Notes: a model not told the origin generated them from the letters alone. Positions 9,463-20,909 are shown, counted from the first letter of the stretch. The stretch is 64,000 nt of DNA from an uncultured Acidimicrobiia bacterium (GCA_963786955.1 CAWBAT010000005.1:1280001-1344000), one strand, 5' to 3'. Numbers and translations: made by a program.

Positions 9463-10716
9463 ATGATCAATCGAAAGAAGGTCCTCATGATCTGTTATTA
9501 TTTCCCGCCGCTCATCACCTCAGGGGTGACGCGAAGCCTTGAATTTGCAAAACTCCTGCCGGATTTCGGGTGGGAGCCACTGGTTCTTACCGTGAAACGT
9601 TCCAAGGATCCGTGGGTCAAAGCTAGCCACGGCGGGGATCCGAAAGGGATTCAGATTGAGCGGAGTTTTGAATGGAACCTGGCGGGCCTGGCTGATTTCC
9701 TTCACGGCTGCTGCAGTCGGGTCGGCCGGCTCTTTGGAAAGAATCTCACCCAAAATTTCTTCCGGGAATATCTTTGCATTCCAGATACCCAGATAGCCTG
9801 GTTCTCAACCATCCCGGCACGTAGGTTCGCACGCGAATGTGAGCTCATCTACGTAAGCTGTTCGCCATTCAGTTCATCTGTCAGCGCCGCCATCGTGAAG
9901 CGGCTCACTGAGCGACCCTTGGTCGTCGATTTCCGCGACGCATGGTCCCTCAATCCGCATACTCACCCTAACCGGCTGCACCGCGCGATCATTAGACTCT
10001 TCGAACGTTTCGTTCTCAACGCCTGTGATGCTCTGATAGTGAACACGGATGGAGCAGCGCGGCTGTATGCCGCCGCTTATCCGGAGCACCGTAAGAAGAT
10101 CGTCACCATTCCAAATGGATATGACGTGCTTACCCCCGTTGATCGAAGGACCACAGGGGGTGACTTTCAAATCATGCACGTCGGATCGTTTTACGGGTCG
10201 CGAAGCCCAGACGCGCTCCTGGAGTGTCTGGCCGAGATGAGGAGGGATGACATTGTATTCGTCCAGGTTGGTGGCAGTTTCGACTCATATGAGCAGTTCA
10301 AGGAAAGGGTGCGAATCAAGATTATTCCTCCTCTTCCCAGAGAGGGGGCACTTGAGTTGATGCGCGAGGCATCGCTTCTGTATCTTAAACAAGGATGGGA
10401 ACCCGGCGTGTCAGAATATATTGCAGTGGGAGCGAAAACATACGAGTATCTTGCCACCGGTCTTCCAATTCTTGCCGAAGTACCGCCTGGCGACAACGCC
10501 GAGTTGGTCCAAAAATTTGCGTCAGCCGGATACGTAGTGACTTCCAATAATCGCGCGGACCTTCGTCATGCGGTCGAACAGGCTTACGAAGCCCGTTCGC
10601 GGGAAAGTGTGGCGATCCATCCACAGTTTGCGAAAGAGTTCTCGAGACGCGACCTTACTCAAAAGCTTGCAGCCACGTTTGACCGGCTGGCGGCCTCGCC
10701 CGGTGAAGGGAAATAA
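9463..10716 (+). CDS. Glycosyltransferase (GT4-like)
   Basis: KVLMICYYFPP..SGV.R, DFRDAW, IPNGYD, KTYEYLATGLPIL. Confidence 0.85.
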   Translation: MINRKKVLMICYYFPPLITSGVTRSLEFAKLLPDFGWEPLVLTVKRSKDPWVKASHGGDPKGIQIERSFEWNLAGLADFLHGCCSRVGRLFGKNLTQNFFREYLCIPDTQIAWFSTIPARRFARECELIYVSCSPFSSSVSAAIVKRLTERPLVVDFRDAWSLNPHTHPNRLHRAIIRLFERFVLNACDALIVNTDGAARLYAAAYPEHRKKIVTIPNGYDVLTPVDRRTTGGDFQIMHVGSFYGSRSPDALLECLAEMRRDDIVFVQVGGSFDSYEQFKERVRIKIIPPLPREGALELMREASLLYLKQGWEPGVSEYIAVGAKTYEYLATGLPILAEVPPGDNAELVQKFASAGYVVTSNNRADLRHAVEQAYEARSRESVAIHPQFAKEFSRRDLTQKLAATFDRLAASPGEGK

Positions 10717-10762
10717 CGACAAAAGACTTTTCCCATTTATTGCAAAGCTCCGTTCACGAAAG

Positions 10763-11965
10763 ATGAAAATCTGCAAAATCTGGGATGCTGATTACCCTTG
10801 GGACATTCGGGTGGAAAAGGTATGCGACTCGCTTACTCAAGCAGGACACAGCGTCCATTTGGTATGCCGGAATCAAGAACGACGACAAAGGCTGGAACAG
10901 CAAGGGCAATTGAGCATCCATCGGCTGCCCTCCCTTCCCCATGCATTTGAGTCGGTCCATACACTGTGTAATTCTCCCTTTCCCGTGAACCCAGTATGGG
11001 TCGGGGCAATCGGAAGTGTCATCCGCAAAAATCAGGTTGATCTAATTCTCGTTCGCGATATTCTGCTTGCCCTTCCCAGTGCGGTTCTAGGAAGAGCATT
11101 TGGGATCCCAGTTGTGTTAGATATGGCCGAAAACTACCCTGCCATGTTGCGGGACCGACTCAGGTATACTCCAACGAGTCTTTTGGGTCGGTTGGCTAGA
11201 AATCCCATTCAGGCTCGATTTGTGGAATGGCTTTGCTTACGAATGGTTGACCATACCATCGTCGTGGTCGAAGAATCTCAAGAACGTCTTGTACGGGCAG
11301 GTTTGCCTCCAGATCGGCTCAGCATTGTGAACAATACACCCAGGCTAGATCGATGGGACTCAAGCAGGCAAGGCCGCGCGCAGGGAACCGGGCAAGAGAC
11401 TGTGGCGCTCGTTTACCTCGGAAACTTGGATGGGAGTCGTGGCATTGACGTGACAATTCAAGCCATTCAACAGTTGAAAGATCAAGACTTCCTCGCCACT
11501 CTTACCGTGATCGGAGACGGCCCAAACCTCAACGAATTTCGCGACATGGCAAGGCAGCTAGGTGTCGCGGATCGCATCACGTTTACAGGCCGCTTATCCT
11601 TTTCAAAAGTGCAAGATTTCGTGGCCCGCTCTAACATAGGTCTTATCCCACACTATGCGACCGACGCATGGAATGCAACCATTCCCAACAAGCTCTTCGA
11701 TTACATGTCTTCTGAACTTCCGGTCATTGTCTCAGATGCTAAACCTATGGCTCGGATTGTCCGCGAAGAGGGGTGCGGAGAGGTGTTCAAGGACAGGGAT
11801 CCGTACGACCTTGCTCGCTGTATCAGAGCCCTCATGGATCCCGTTGTGCGAGAGCGTCTAGGGCAACGCGGTCAGGCCGCAATTCGCCGGCGCTATAATT
11901 GGAATTACGATTCCGAAGTTTTATTGAAAACGCTGCTAGCAGTGAGAAAGCGGCATGACTCGTAA
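10763..11965 (+). CDS. Glycosyltransferase family 4
   Basis: DIRVEK, YLGNL..RGID, PNKLFDYMSSELPVIVSD; ATG 10763 chosen. Confidence 0.85.
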   Translation: MKICKIWDADYPWDIRVEKVCDSLTQAGHSVHLVCRNQERRQRLEQQGQLSIHRLPSLPHAFESVHTLCNSPFPVNPVWVGAIGSVIRKNQVDLILVRDILLALPSAVLGRAFGIPVVLDMAENYPAMLRDRLRYTPTSLLGRLARNPIQARFVEWLCLRMVDHTIVVVEESQERLVRAGLPPDRLSIVNNTPRLDRWDSSRQGRAQGTGQETVALVYLGNLDGSRGIDVTIQAIQQLKDQDFLATLTVIGDGPNLNEFRDMARQLGVADRITFTGRLSFSKVQDFVARSNIGLIPHYATDAWNATIPNKLFDYMSSELPVIVSDAKPMARIVREEGCGEVFKDRDPYDLARCIRALMDPVVRERLGQRGQAAIRRRYNWNYDSEVLLKTLLAVRKRHDS

Positions 11966-12128
11966 TAATCCGGTTTGTTTAATCCAAACGTCCCCCGGGT
12001 TGTAAGAGAATTAAATTGGTATTTTCCAACCGGAAAGTTTGGGCCGCGCTGAAGCTGGCGAGGCTAGATATACATGGCACAATCTCGCACCCAATCCTTC
12101 CTGAAAACGCAATAATGGCCTCTCGTTT

Positions 12129-14006
12129 ATGTGTGGCATAGCCGGCATCGTACATGCTGATTTCCAGCGCCCCGTCTCCTTAGGGTCAATTCAAGCGATG
12201 TGCGATAAGCTCGCCCACCGTGGGCCCGATCACTTTGGACATTATGTGCACGAAAACATTGGGCTCGGGATGCGACGCCTTAGCATCATTGACTTGCAGA
12301 CAGGACAACAACCCATTACCAACGAAGATGGATCAGTATGGATCGTTTTTAATGGTGAAATTTATAACTATCGTACCGTTCGAAAAGATCTCGAAGCAAG
12401 GGGCCATCACTTTCGCACGACGAGTGACACGGAAGTTATCGTGCACCTGTATGAAGACATGGGTCAGGAATGTGTCCAACGTCTTCGAGGGATGTTTGCT
12501 TTTGCCATTTGGGACGCGAAACGGCACGCCTTGTTGCTCGCACGAGACCGGCTTGGCATAAAGCCGCTGTACTATGCCGAAACCTCAGAGGGCCTGATCT
12601 TTGGTTCCGAACTGAAGGCCTTGCTCACGCATCCGTCCGTTTCGCGCGACATTAGCCCCAAAGCAATTTTCGAATACTTTACCCACTTTTGCATTCCCGG
12701 GGATCTATCGATCTTCGAGAGCATCCACAAACTTCCCGCTGGACACGTGCTGGTGTATAGCCACAGCCGAGCCGCTCTCACTCATTACTGGCATATTCAA
12801 CCTACCCCCGATTACAGACCAACGGAGGAGGAGTGGACAGAAGAACTTCGCAGCCGGCTCCAAGATGCCGTCGAGAGTCACCTTGTGTCCGACGTGCCGG
12901 TTGGTGCATTTCTCAGTGGCGGGCTTGACTCAGGCGCGATGGTGGCGCTGATGGCCCAAGCTTCACAAGAGCCCATTCGCACTTTCACGGTTGGGTTTGG
13001 AACAGATGTCGGTCGGTTTGATGAACGACTTGCCGCCAGAACTGTCGCTGAGCGGTATGGGACGAACCACCGCGAGTGTCTGCTCGAAACCAATGTGACA
13101 GAACTTCTTCCCAAAATCGTGTCAGCCTTCGACGAACCGTTTGCGGATTCATCAGCGATTCCCAACTGGCTGGTCTGCGAGGAAACGGCACGCCACGTTA
13201 AAGTGGCGCTCTCTGGCCTGGGAGCCGATGAATTGTTTGGTGGCTACGAGCGTTACCTTGGACTTCAGCTAGGTGAAGTGTATCATCGGATTCCTCGCCC
13301 ACTGCGCCTCGCGTTCGCAAAGATTATTGATCTCTTGCCCACCAGCGACCGGATCTCCTATCGCAGCGACCGGCTGACACGTTTCATTGCCGCGGGCGAT
13401 TTGTCCCTTGCATCACGTTATCGGAGCTTCATCGCCGCGTTTGAGGATGCCCGTACAATTATTCACCCCAATGTGTTAGCAGCAATTGAGGGTAAAGATC
13501 ACTATTACGACCAGGTGACTAGAGACCTAAAAATCCGAAAAGCCTTAGATCTTGGCCTATTCACAGACTTGTTTCTCTATTTGCCAGATGACCTACTGCC
13601 TCTTAGTGACCGAGTGAGCATGGCTCATTCTCTAGAGGTACGCGTTCCATTCGTAGATCATGAACTCGTGGAGTTCGCTGCTCGAATTCCGGCTCATCTA
13701 AAAGTACACCGATTGCAGAAGAAATATATCTTTCGAAAAGCGATTTCGCCCTGGCTCCCCCCACAACACATGACACGTCCCAAACAGGGCTTCTCAGTCC
13801 CGATTGGCACATGGTTGAGAGGACCGCTACGCCCAATGCTCCTGGACCTCAAGGAGAGCCAGGGGTTGCGTATGTCGCCTTGGCTCAATCATGCTGCGGT
13901 GCAGCAGTTAATTGATGAACACCTAGCTGGCACGCAGAACCATGAGAGTCGCCTTTGGACAATCCTGTGCTTTTGTGAGTGGGAACGTCAATATAAGGCA
14001 GATTGA
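12129..14006 (+). CDS. asnB: Asparagine synthase (glutamine-hydrolysing)-type amidotransferase of EPS clusters
   Basis: N-terminal MCGIAG, HRGPD, FNGEIYN, RDRLGIKPLYY, FLSGGLDS, EVRVPFVD. Confidence 0.93.
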   Translation: MCGIAGIVHADFQRPVSLGSIQAMCDKLAHRGPDHFGHYVHENIGLGMRRLSIIDLQTGQQPITNEDGSVWIVFNGEIYNYRTVRKDLEARGHHFRTTSDTEVIVHLYEDMGQECVQRLRGMFAFAIWDAKRHALLLARDRLGIKPLYYAETSEGLIFGSELKALLTHPSVSRDISPKAIFEYFTHFCIPGDLSIFESIHKLPAGHVLVYSHSRAALTHYWHIQPTPDYRPTEEEWTEELRSRLQDAVESHLVSDVPVGAFLSGGLDSGAMVALMAQASQEPIRTFTVGFGTDVGRFDERLAARTVAERYGTNHRECLLETNVTELLPKIVSAFDEPFADSSAIPNWLVCEETARHVKVALSGLGADELFGGYERYLGLQLGEVYHRIPRPLRLAFAKIIDLLPTSDRISYRSDRLTRFIAAGDLSLASRYRSFIAAFEDARTIIHPNVLAAIEGKDHYYDQVTRDLKIRKALDLGLFTDLFLYLPDDLLPLSDRVSMAHSLEVRVPFVDHELVEFAARIPAHLKVHRLQKKYIFRKAISPWLPPQHMTRPKQGFSVPIGTWLRGPLRPMLLDLKESQGLRMSPWLNHAAVQQLIDEHLAGTQNHESRLWTILCFCEWERQYKAD

Positions 14007-14160
14007 GTATTTCTAGCAAAAAATGTCAGCAATTTGCAATTACCGCACAATTAACCCTGCCACAATTTGGGAGGCACCCCGTTTATGTTGAACACCCATA
14101 TCTGCAGTGCGGTTAGTGAGTCCAATTCGTCTATAGAGATGGCTCCATGGGCACAGTAAC

Positions 14161-15366
14161 ATGGAAATCCCCACCCATCCCACGCTTAGGTCGAACATGA
14201 GCAACGAGACGAATAATCGTTCACTCCACAGTCCACAAATTTTGTTTATTTTCCCACTTGTCTATCGTCCCCTTAAGGACAATTTTGCTGGGAAGTTCAA
14301 ACATCTCTCAAATTGGTTCGGTGGCCACATCTTTTCCCTTAGCGGTACAAAACAAAGAAACGTAGCCCTTTCGAATTTTCGTTTTCACTCGGAGAAGTCA
14401 GGGACCAGTGCCGCAAGTCGGTTGTTCCTCGGAATTTGGGTTCAAACCGTTGTTCCCCTCCAGTTGTTGTGGGGTAAAACTCAGGTAGATATGGTCGTAG
14501 CTTATGACCCCTATAGATCCGGCCTAGCTGCGCTGATTTTGAAATACATCTTTCGCTGTAAGATGATCGTTGAAGAGAATGGGGAGTATTATGGCGACTA
14601 TGAAAGAAATGAATCGGGTCAATCCTTTGTGAGTAAGGGGCTTATGAGACTCTTGTTTAATCTGAGTCTTCGATGTGCTGATGCCATCAAAGTATTGAAT
14701 ACTGACCAGGAAGCATATTATCGACGGCTTCTCCCACACAAGCGCGTTTACCTGTTTCCGAATTTTGTGGCTACAGAATACTTCCAATCGCTTGCATCTT
14801 ACCAAGGCGAGTATTTGCTGTCCGTAGGCTATCCTTTTTATCGTAAAGGTGTTGATGTATTAATCGAAGCTTTTAAACTGATTGCAGGAAAGCATCAACG
14901 CGTAAGACTAAGGATCATGGGTTATTGCCCGGCTGAAGAGTTTGAAAAATACCGAACCATTGCTGGCGATCACCCCCGAATAGAGTTTATTAAACCCGGA
15001 TGGATGGAGGAAGTTGGTGAGCAGATGAAAGGTTGCTATGCGCTCGTGAATGCCGCCCGATCTGAAGCGATGGGGCGAGTTCACATTGAAGCGATGGCTT
15101 GCGGAAAGCCGATAGTGGCGACACGCAATAATGGCGCACTCCTATGCATTGAGGATGGGCAGACTGGCCTCCTGTGCGAAATTGGGGATATTGAAGATCT
15201 CGCCGCAAAGCTGGATGAATTGCTCTCGGACCCTCATCGCGCGGACCGGATGGGTCAAGCCGGTAAGATGCGGATGCATGAGATGTTTTCCGAGAATGCA
15301 TATGTAACAAATTTTCGTACCATGTTCGATGAGGTTAATGGAACAGGTACTACTCATAATAGCTGA
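14161..15366 (+). CDS. Glycosyltransferase family 4
   Basis: RKGVDVLIEAF, SEAMGRVHIEAMACGKPIVAT. Confidence 0.85.
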   Translation: MEIPTHPTLRSNMSNETNNRSLHSPQILFIFPLVYRPLKDNFAGKFKHLSNWFGGHIFSLSGTKQRNVALSNFRFHSEKSGTSAASRLFLGIWVQTVVPLQLLWGKTQVDMVVAYDPYRSGLAALILKYIFRCKMIVEENGEYYGDYERNESGQSFVSKGLMRLLFNLSLRCADAIKVLNTDQEAYYRRLLPHKRVYLFPNFVATEYFQSLASYQGEYLLSVGYPFYRKGVDVLIEAFKLIAGKHQRVRLRIMGYCPAEEFEKYRTIAGDHPRIEFIKPGWMEEVGEQMKGCYALVNAARSEAMGRVHIEAMACGKPIVATRNNGALLCIEDGQTGLLCEIGDIEDLAAKLDELLSDPHRADRMGQAGKMRMHEMFSENAYVTNFRTMFDEVNGTGTTHNS

Positions 15367-15619
15367 TACAGTCCTACACCCTGATCTGGTCGTTCAATCA
15401 CGGGATCTTCAGCGCCAAGACTACTTGTGAAGGGTTGTGTGTAGGAGCCTCCTTATTGCCTATATCGGCGCTGCCTCACCCGCATTGTGGAATTGTGAAC
15501 CAGTTATTCCTTAAGGTTGGGCATGAATTTTGAGACGCGTGATCTAAGCACTGGCGTAGACCCAATTAGGCATAGTTATCTCGTACATTAATGGGCGAAT
15601 CTTCATCTATAGGTGACAA

Positions 15620-16894
15620 GTGAGATCCAATAACATTAGGGCCCCGCAAGATGTGCGGGAATCGACGTCCACCGGTTTTGGCTTCTTTCTCGTCATCCTT
15701 TTCTTGCTCTTCGAGTACGGCCGTCCACAGGACAAATTCAGTGCAATCGGGGCAATTCATCCAAACTGGATTCTCACATCACTGATGGTAATCGCATGGT
15801 TTCGGAGCGGTAAGTTTCGGATGGTGGCGAGTCCACAAGTTTATCGCATGGTTCTCATCCTTTTTTTGCTTGCCCTCCACGTCCCTTTCGCCCGCAATAA
15901 TTTTTGGGCATTTAATACAACCCTAGGCTTTTTCTTGCTCGTTCCGTTCTGCATTTCTATCGTGCTCTTCGTGGACAGCTTTGAGAGGTTGCGCGTCTTC
16001 ATGAAGTGGTGGATCTTTCTGGCGATCTATATTGCGGTGAACGGAATTCGTGGTTCCGGGGTAGCCGGATCGTCCTTTCTTGAAGACGAGAACGACGTCT
16101 CTCTCCTCATAAACATGATGCTGCCCTTCGCGCTTTGTTTATTCGTGTACGAACAGCAAATGAAGATGAGGCTGGTCTACCTGATCACTTCGCTCCTTTG
16201 TGTGGCAGGCATCGTTTTTTCCAGGTCTCGCGGCGGGTTTCTTGGCCTGATAGCAGTGTTGACAGTGATCTGGCTGGCCAGCCCCAGGAAAGTGCTTTCC
16301 TTGTTTCTGGTTGGTGTCTTGGCCCTCGGCGTCTTCCTTGTTTCGGACCAGAAATACTGGGACCGAATGTCCACAATTGAAAAGACTGATGAAGGCACGG
16401 CGAAAGAGAGAACTGACTCCTGGCACGCGGGATGGGAAATGTTCAAGGACCATCCCTTTGGTGTTGGCCCCGGGAATTTTCCAATCCGGTTCCCGGAATA
16501 TCAACCGGAAACCATGAAAAGATCCATGTGGGGAAGGCAGGCGCATTCTCTGTGGTTCACGCTCTTGCCAGAGTTGGGTGTCCCTGGCCTGCTGCTCTAC
16601 CTATCGCTCCTTTGGCTGAATTTACGGGACCTGAGGTATCTCAGGAGATTGCCAAAGGATGACGATAATTCCCGATTTGTTTACTTCTTGTCGCTGGCGT
16701 ATGTGGCGAGTCTAGTCGGCTATTTTGTCTCAGGCACATTCCTATCCGTCTTGTACTATCCGCACTACTGGTATCTTACCGCTATGATTGTTGCAACTCG
16801 TAAGATCGTTGAAAACGCAGATCCTTCCAAATCAATGGTGCCCGGGCATGGGATAGAATTAGGGAAATCCTCAGCTCAAGAAAATGTGGCGTGA
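15620..16894 (+). CDS. O-antigen ligase/Wzy-type polymerase
   Basis: Multi-TM; SRSRGGFLGL, R..W.AG.EMF.DHPFGVGPGNF, AHS.WF.LL.ELG. Confidence 0.85.
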   Translation: MRSNNIRAPQDVRESTSTGFGFFLVILFLLFEYGRPQDKFSAIGAIHPNWILTSLMVIAWFRSGKFRMVASPQVYRMVLILFLLALHVPFARNNFWAFNTTLGFFLLVPFCISIVLFVDSFERLRVFMKWWIFLAIYIAVNGIRGSGVAGSSFLEDENDVSLLINMMLPFALCLFVYEQQMKMRLVYLITSLLCVAGIVFSRSRGGFLGLIAVLTVIWLASPRKVLSLFLVGVLALGVFLVSDQKYWDRMSTIEKTDEGTAKERTDSWHAGWEMFKDHPFGVGPGNFPIRFPEYQPETMKRSMWGRQAHSLWFTLLPELGVPGLLLYLSLLWLNLRDLRYLRRLPKDDDNSRFVYFLSLAYVASLVGYFVSGTFLSVLYYPHYWYLTAMIVATRKIVENADPSKSMVPGHGIELGKSSAQENVA

Positions 16895-16935
16895 GATAGC
16901 GAAGAATTGTGCCTATCGAAGGGTTTCTTTAATAC

Positions 16936-17967
16936 ATGGAAGCATCCATAAAGGCCAAATCAGTGCTGGCTTCGTTCCTACATTTAGCCGGCGTCAATTC
17001 CTGGAAGCTACGGCGGTCCGCGCGGGGCGATATCGCAGTCTTAATGTACCACAGGGTCGTTCCAATAAAAGAAATGGGGCGTTCTGTGCAAGCAGGGATG
17101 GTTGTTGAACCCGATACCTTGGATCTACATATTAGCTATTTACGAAATCATTTTGAAATCATTCCTCTCTCTGATTTGAATTTGTTTCACCAGAACAATC
17201 CGCAGAATCTCTCCAGAAAGCCCGTTTGTGCCCTCACTTTTGATGATGGTTGGTGCGACTTCTTTGAGTATGCCTACCCGATTCTCAAGAAGCACGAAGC
17301 CCCAGCGACGGTTTTCCTACCAACCGATTTTATCGGGACAGGCCGGTGGTTCTGGACCGATCGCGTGGGAATTCTATTGGACCGAATGGATCAGTACCGG
17401 GATAGTATGAAATGCGCTTCACTCTTTCCGGATCCTCTACTAAGCGAAGCAGTGCGCATGCCGGGAACCCATGAGACAAGACTGGAGAGGATAATTGCTC
17501 TCTTGAAATCTTACAAAATTGAAAAAATTGAGTGGGTCATTTCGGAAGTATCTGCCGCCTTGGGTGAAGATCCGGCCCCAACGGACCGGGCTTTTTTGTC
17601 TTGGGAGGAAGTGCAGGAAATGTCTGGATCTGGCCTCGTGTCCTTTGGGTCACACACCGCCGGGCATCCGCTCCTGACGACTCTGACAGAGGAAGAGGCT
17701 GAGAATGAACTGAGAAAGTCGATGGACGTCTTGATTGCTCATAAAGTTGCCGACGCCAATTTCATCTCTTTCAGTTACCCGAATGGAAGTTTTTCGGAGA
17801 GATTGAGCGAAATGGTTCGGGAAGCGGGCTACCATCTGGCAGTGACCACCCGAAATGGATGGCATCACCAAGGGGCGAACCCTTATACAATCCGAAGGAT
17901 TCCAGTTCATCAAGATATGACCTCTACGGAAGCCATGTACGAATCGCGAATCGTCAACTTATTATGA
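16936..17967 (+). CDS. Polysaccharide deacetylase (CE4)
   Basis: LMYHRV, LTFDDGW, GSHTAGHP, FSYPNG. Confidence 0.88.
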   Translation: MEASIKAKSVLASFLHLAGVNSWKLRRSARGDIAVLMYHRVVPIKEMGRSVQAGMVVEPDTLDLHISYLRNHFEIIPLSDLNLFHQNNPQNLSRKPVCALTFDDGWCDFFEYAYPILKKHEAPATVFLPTDFIGTGRWFWTDRVGILLDRMDQYRDSMKCASLFPDPLLSEAVRMPGTHETRLERIIALLKSYKIEKIEWVISEVSAALGEDPAPTDRAFLSWEEVQEMSGSGLVSFGSHTAGHPLLTTLTEEEAENELRKSMDVLIAHKVADANFISFSYPNGSFSERLSEMVREAGYHLAVTTRNGWHHQGANPYTIRRIPVHQDMTSTEAMYESRIVNLL

Positions 17968-18012
17968 ACACCATTTGAATGGGCGGAATCTCTGATATTG
18001 AATTGCAAACAA

Positions 18013-18279
18013 TTGGATACACTAAGTCGACCTAGCCCCTCCAGGGGATGTGAGTGGAGACAAGCAGTGGTTAAGGTAGGGCGGTCTCGCTGAGACCGCC
18101 GACTCTAGTTTGGGCATGGCGGCGCGCACGGCGTTCGCGCCCTACCAGAGCGACCACCCCAATACCTCTGAAGAAGTGAAGAAATTGTAGCGGCGCTCAT
18201 AGAGCGCCGCTACAGCCAATTCTTTCACACCTTCCCTCCAGCGGAGGGGAATTCACATAGTTGCCCTTTGAATGCGACT
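18013..18279. repeat. Composite palindromic repeat element (copy 2) carrying GTAG REPs
   Basis: Same outer ends as 8972-9344; REP gtagggcggtctcgctgagaccgccg at 18076-18101; palindrome gtagcggcgctc-ata-gagcgccgctac at 18187-18213. Confidence 0.65.
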
Positions 18280-18360
18280 TGTTAAGAGAAAAAGCCTCGC
18301 GGTTTCGGACATTGGGATATGGGATAGCTGGCTCCGGGAGGTGGTGGCGCGAGCGGCAAG

Positions 18361-19497
18361 GTGAACGATGCAACCGCAAGTACGATGACGCTGAAGATTT
18401 GCCATCTAATTTCAGGTGACCTTTGGGCAGGAGCTGAAGCGATGGCCTTTCATCTTCTCAGCGGCCTCAAGATGCAGCCTGGGATCGACCTTTTCGTGAT
18501 CCTCTTGAACAAAGGCAGACTCTCGGATGAGCTTGAAAACTTAAGCATACCCACCTGTGTTCTTGATGAGGGCAAGCGATCATTCCTGGAAATTGTTAGG
18601 TTGGCGACAAAATTGGTAAGGAAAAGATCACCCCATATTCTCCATTCCCATCGTTACAAGGAAAATATTCTTTCCTACCTTGTTTCCATCACTTTGAAAG
18701 AGAAGCCGGCTCTAGTCAGTACGCAGCATGGCATGCCTGAACTTTATGATGCTAGGCCGAGTCTGCTCCACAGGCTGAAGTTACACCTCAACTACAGGTT
18801 GCTTGCATCCAGGTTCGATAAGACCGTGGCCGTTTCTTCGGACATCAAGGAATCATTGATGAAGAACTATGGCTTCCAGGAAGAACAGCTTGAAATTATC
18901 CGTAACGGCATTCTTGTTCCGGAGATGCATTGTGGCTCCAGGGCGAACGAAGGCTTCGTGATTGGTTCTGCGGGTCGATTCTTCCCCGTTAAGAACTACC
19001 CCTTCATGGTCGAAGTGGCCAAAGAAGTGAATACGGAAACTGACAAAATTCGTTTCGAGCTGGCTGGTGAGGGGCCCATGCTGGACGACATTCAAGCCCT
19101 GATCAACCAGTATGGGCTAAAAGAGTTCTTTAAGCTCCGAGGGTTCATTCACGACGTGAGTGCCTTCTATCAGGGGCTTGATGTCTATGTGAATACCTCG
19201 TTGCATGAAGGAATTCCCATGAGCGTGCTCGAAGCCATGGCATACGGGGTTCCACCAATTGTACCCAGAGTCGGAGGATTGGAGGAGATCGTGACAGACG
19301 GGGTGGATGGATATCTTGTGGACTCTGGCAACCCAAGGGCCTTTGCCGAAAAATGCTTATCTCTCTACAATAACGAGACCCTGCGGCGGAATATGGCTTG
19401 TGCAGCACGAGAAAAAATAGTCAGGCAGTTTTCTGTTGAAAGAATGGTCAAGGATTACCTGGACATGTATACGAGCACGGTCAAGGAATCAGGTTGA
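18361..19497 (+). CDS. Glycosyltransferase family 4
   Basis: SGDLWAGAE, IRNGI, TSLHEGIPMSVLEAMA. Confidence 0.9.
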   Translation: MNDATASTMTLKICHLISGDLWAGAEAMAFHLLSGLKMQPGIDLFVILLNKGRLSDELENLSIPTCVLDEGKRSFLEIVRLATKLVRKRSPHILHSHRYKENILSYLVSITLKEKPALVSTQHGMPELYDARPSLLHRLKLHLNYRLLASRFDKTVAVSSDIKESLMKNYGFQEEQLEIIRNGILVPEMHCGSRANEGFVIGSAGRFFPVKNYPFMVEVAKEVNTETDKIRFELAGEGPMLDDIQALINQYGLKEFFKLRGFIHDVSAFYQGLDVYVNTSLHEGIPMSVLEAMAYGVPPIVPRVGGLEEIVTDGVDGYLVDSGNPRAFAEKCLSLYNNETLRRNMACAAREKIVRQFSVERMVKDYLDMYTSTVKESG

Positions 19498-19738
19498 GGT
19501 TAACTGGCACCGGTCCACGGATTCCCGTAGCTGCACGTTGACGATGGATTATCAATAATTAGAGGCAGCGTGGTCTCAAGAACACTTCTAAGATCATTAA
19601 GCCGCCGATGAACGAAGATAGGGTGAAGATCAACCTGCTGAATTGCTTCTGTTTCCATACCGGCGTTGATCAGCGTTTATCTGCGGCAATTGGCCGTTTT
19701 CGATTCTTAAGATAAGTTCTAGAGGGTGCGCGCACTAA

Positions 19739-20872
19739 ATGGCAGAAATCCTCCTTATTAGTTCGATCTTTCTCATCTTCTTCACCTATTTCGGTTATCC
19801 CGTGTCGCTGCTTCTGGTGGGCTGGATCCGGGGCCGGGACGTCAAGAGCGCTACGGTTCTGCCGTCTGTCACCTTCATTGTGACGGTTCATAATGAGGAA
19901 ACAAGGATCAAGACCAAGTTGGAGAACACGTTCAGTCTCGACTATCCGAAATCCAGACTCCAGATACTAGTGGCTTCAGATGGATCGAGCGACCGCACTA
20001 ATGAGATCGTTCGAGACTATTTTAGCCAGGGGGCCGTGCTTCTTGAAATGCCGGACCGGAGAGGAAAAGAGAATGCCCAAAAAGAGGCCATCGAGCGCGC
20101 GACCGGCGAAATTATTGTATTCAGCGATGTGGCGACCAGCATGGAGATAGGGGGGCTTCGGCAATTGGTTTCCAATTTCGCCGACCCCATGGTGGGCTGC
20201 GTCAGCAGTGAAGACCGCTTGCTGGGAAGGGATGGAAAGCCAAGTGGGGAGGGTTTGTATGTGCAGTATGAGATGTGGTTAAGAGCTCTCGAATCCAGGG
20301 CCAACTCACTAGTCGGACTCAGTGGGTCGCTGTTTGCTGCCAGAAAAGAGGTCTGTAAGGATTTTTCAGGCGAGATGCAGAGTGATTTCAGGACTGTATT
20401 GAATAGTGTGAAGATGGGACTTCGAGGTGTCAGCGATCCCCTTGCGGTTGGTTTATATCAGGACACCGTAGATCAGAAGCGAGAATGGGAGCGCAAGATT
20501 CGGACGGTGGTGCGAGGGCTCACTGTTTTTTTTCGCCACGTGGAACTTTTGAATGTGTTTCAGTATGGCCTTTTTTCATATCAGTTGTTTTGTCACAAGC
20601 TCCTTCGCTGGTTGGTGCCTTTCTTCCTGATTGGGGCTTTTGTTTCCAATCTCGCACTGATACAAAGCTCTTTCATCTATGGGGTTCTACTACTGCTTCA
20701 GCTCTTGCTTTATGGCTTTGGCACCCTTGGTTTACTGAGGCCAAAGATACAAAACAAAAGCTTGGTAAAGATCCCTGTGTACTTCCTCGCTGTAAATTCA
20801 TCAATCTTGCTTGCATGGTGGCGCTACTTGAGCGGCCAGCGCATCATCACATGGACGCCGACGAGAAGGTAA
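19739..20872 (+). CDS. Glycosyltransferase family 2
   Basis: VHNEE, SDGSSDRT, RGKENA, RKIR motif; N- and C-terminal TM helices. Confidence 0.88.
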   Translation: MAEILLISSIFLIFFTYFGYPVSLLLVGWIRGRDVKSATVLPSVTFIVTVHNEETRIKTKLENTFSLDYPKSRLQILVASDGSSDRTNEIVRDYFSQGAVLLEMPDRRGKENAQKEAIERATGEIIVFSDVATSMEIGGLRQLVSNFADPMVGCVSSEDRLLGRDGKPSGEGLYVQYEMWLRALESRANSLVGLSGSLFAARKEVCKDFSGEMQSDFRTVLNSVKMGLRGVSDPLAVGLYQDTVDQKREWERKIRTVVRGLTVFFRHVELLNVFQYGLFSYQLFCHKLLRWLVPFFLIGAFVSNLALIQSSFIYGVLLLLQLLLYGFGTLGLLRPKIQNKSLVKIPVYFLAVNSSILLAWWRYLSGQRIITWTPTRR

Positions 20873-20909
20873 GAAGCTTTCTGCATGTAGTGGTTTTGAA
20901 TTCGGTGCC

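Noticed and set aside
12075-12090. Sigma-54-like TGGCAC upstream of asnB
   Set aside because: GG-to-GC spacing is one base short of the strict requirement.
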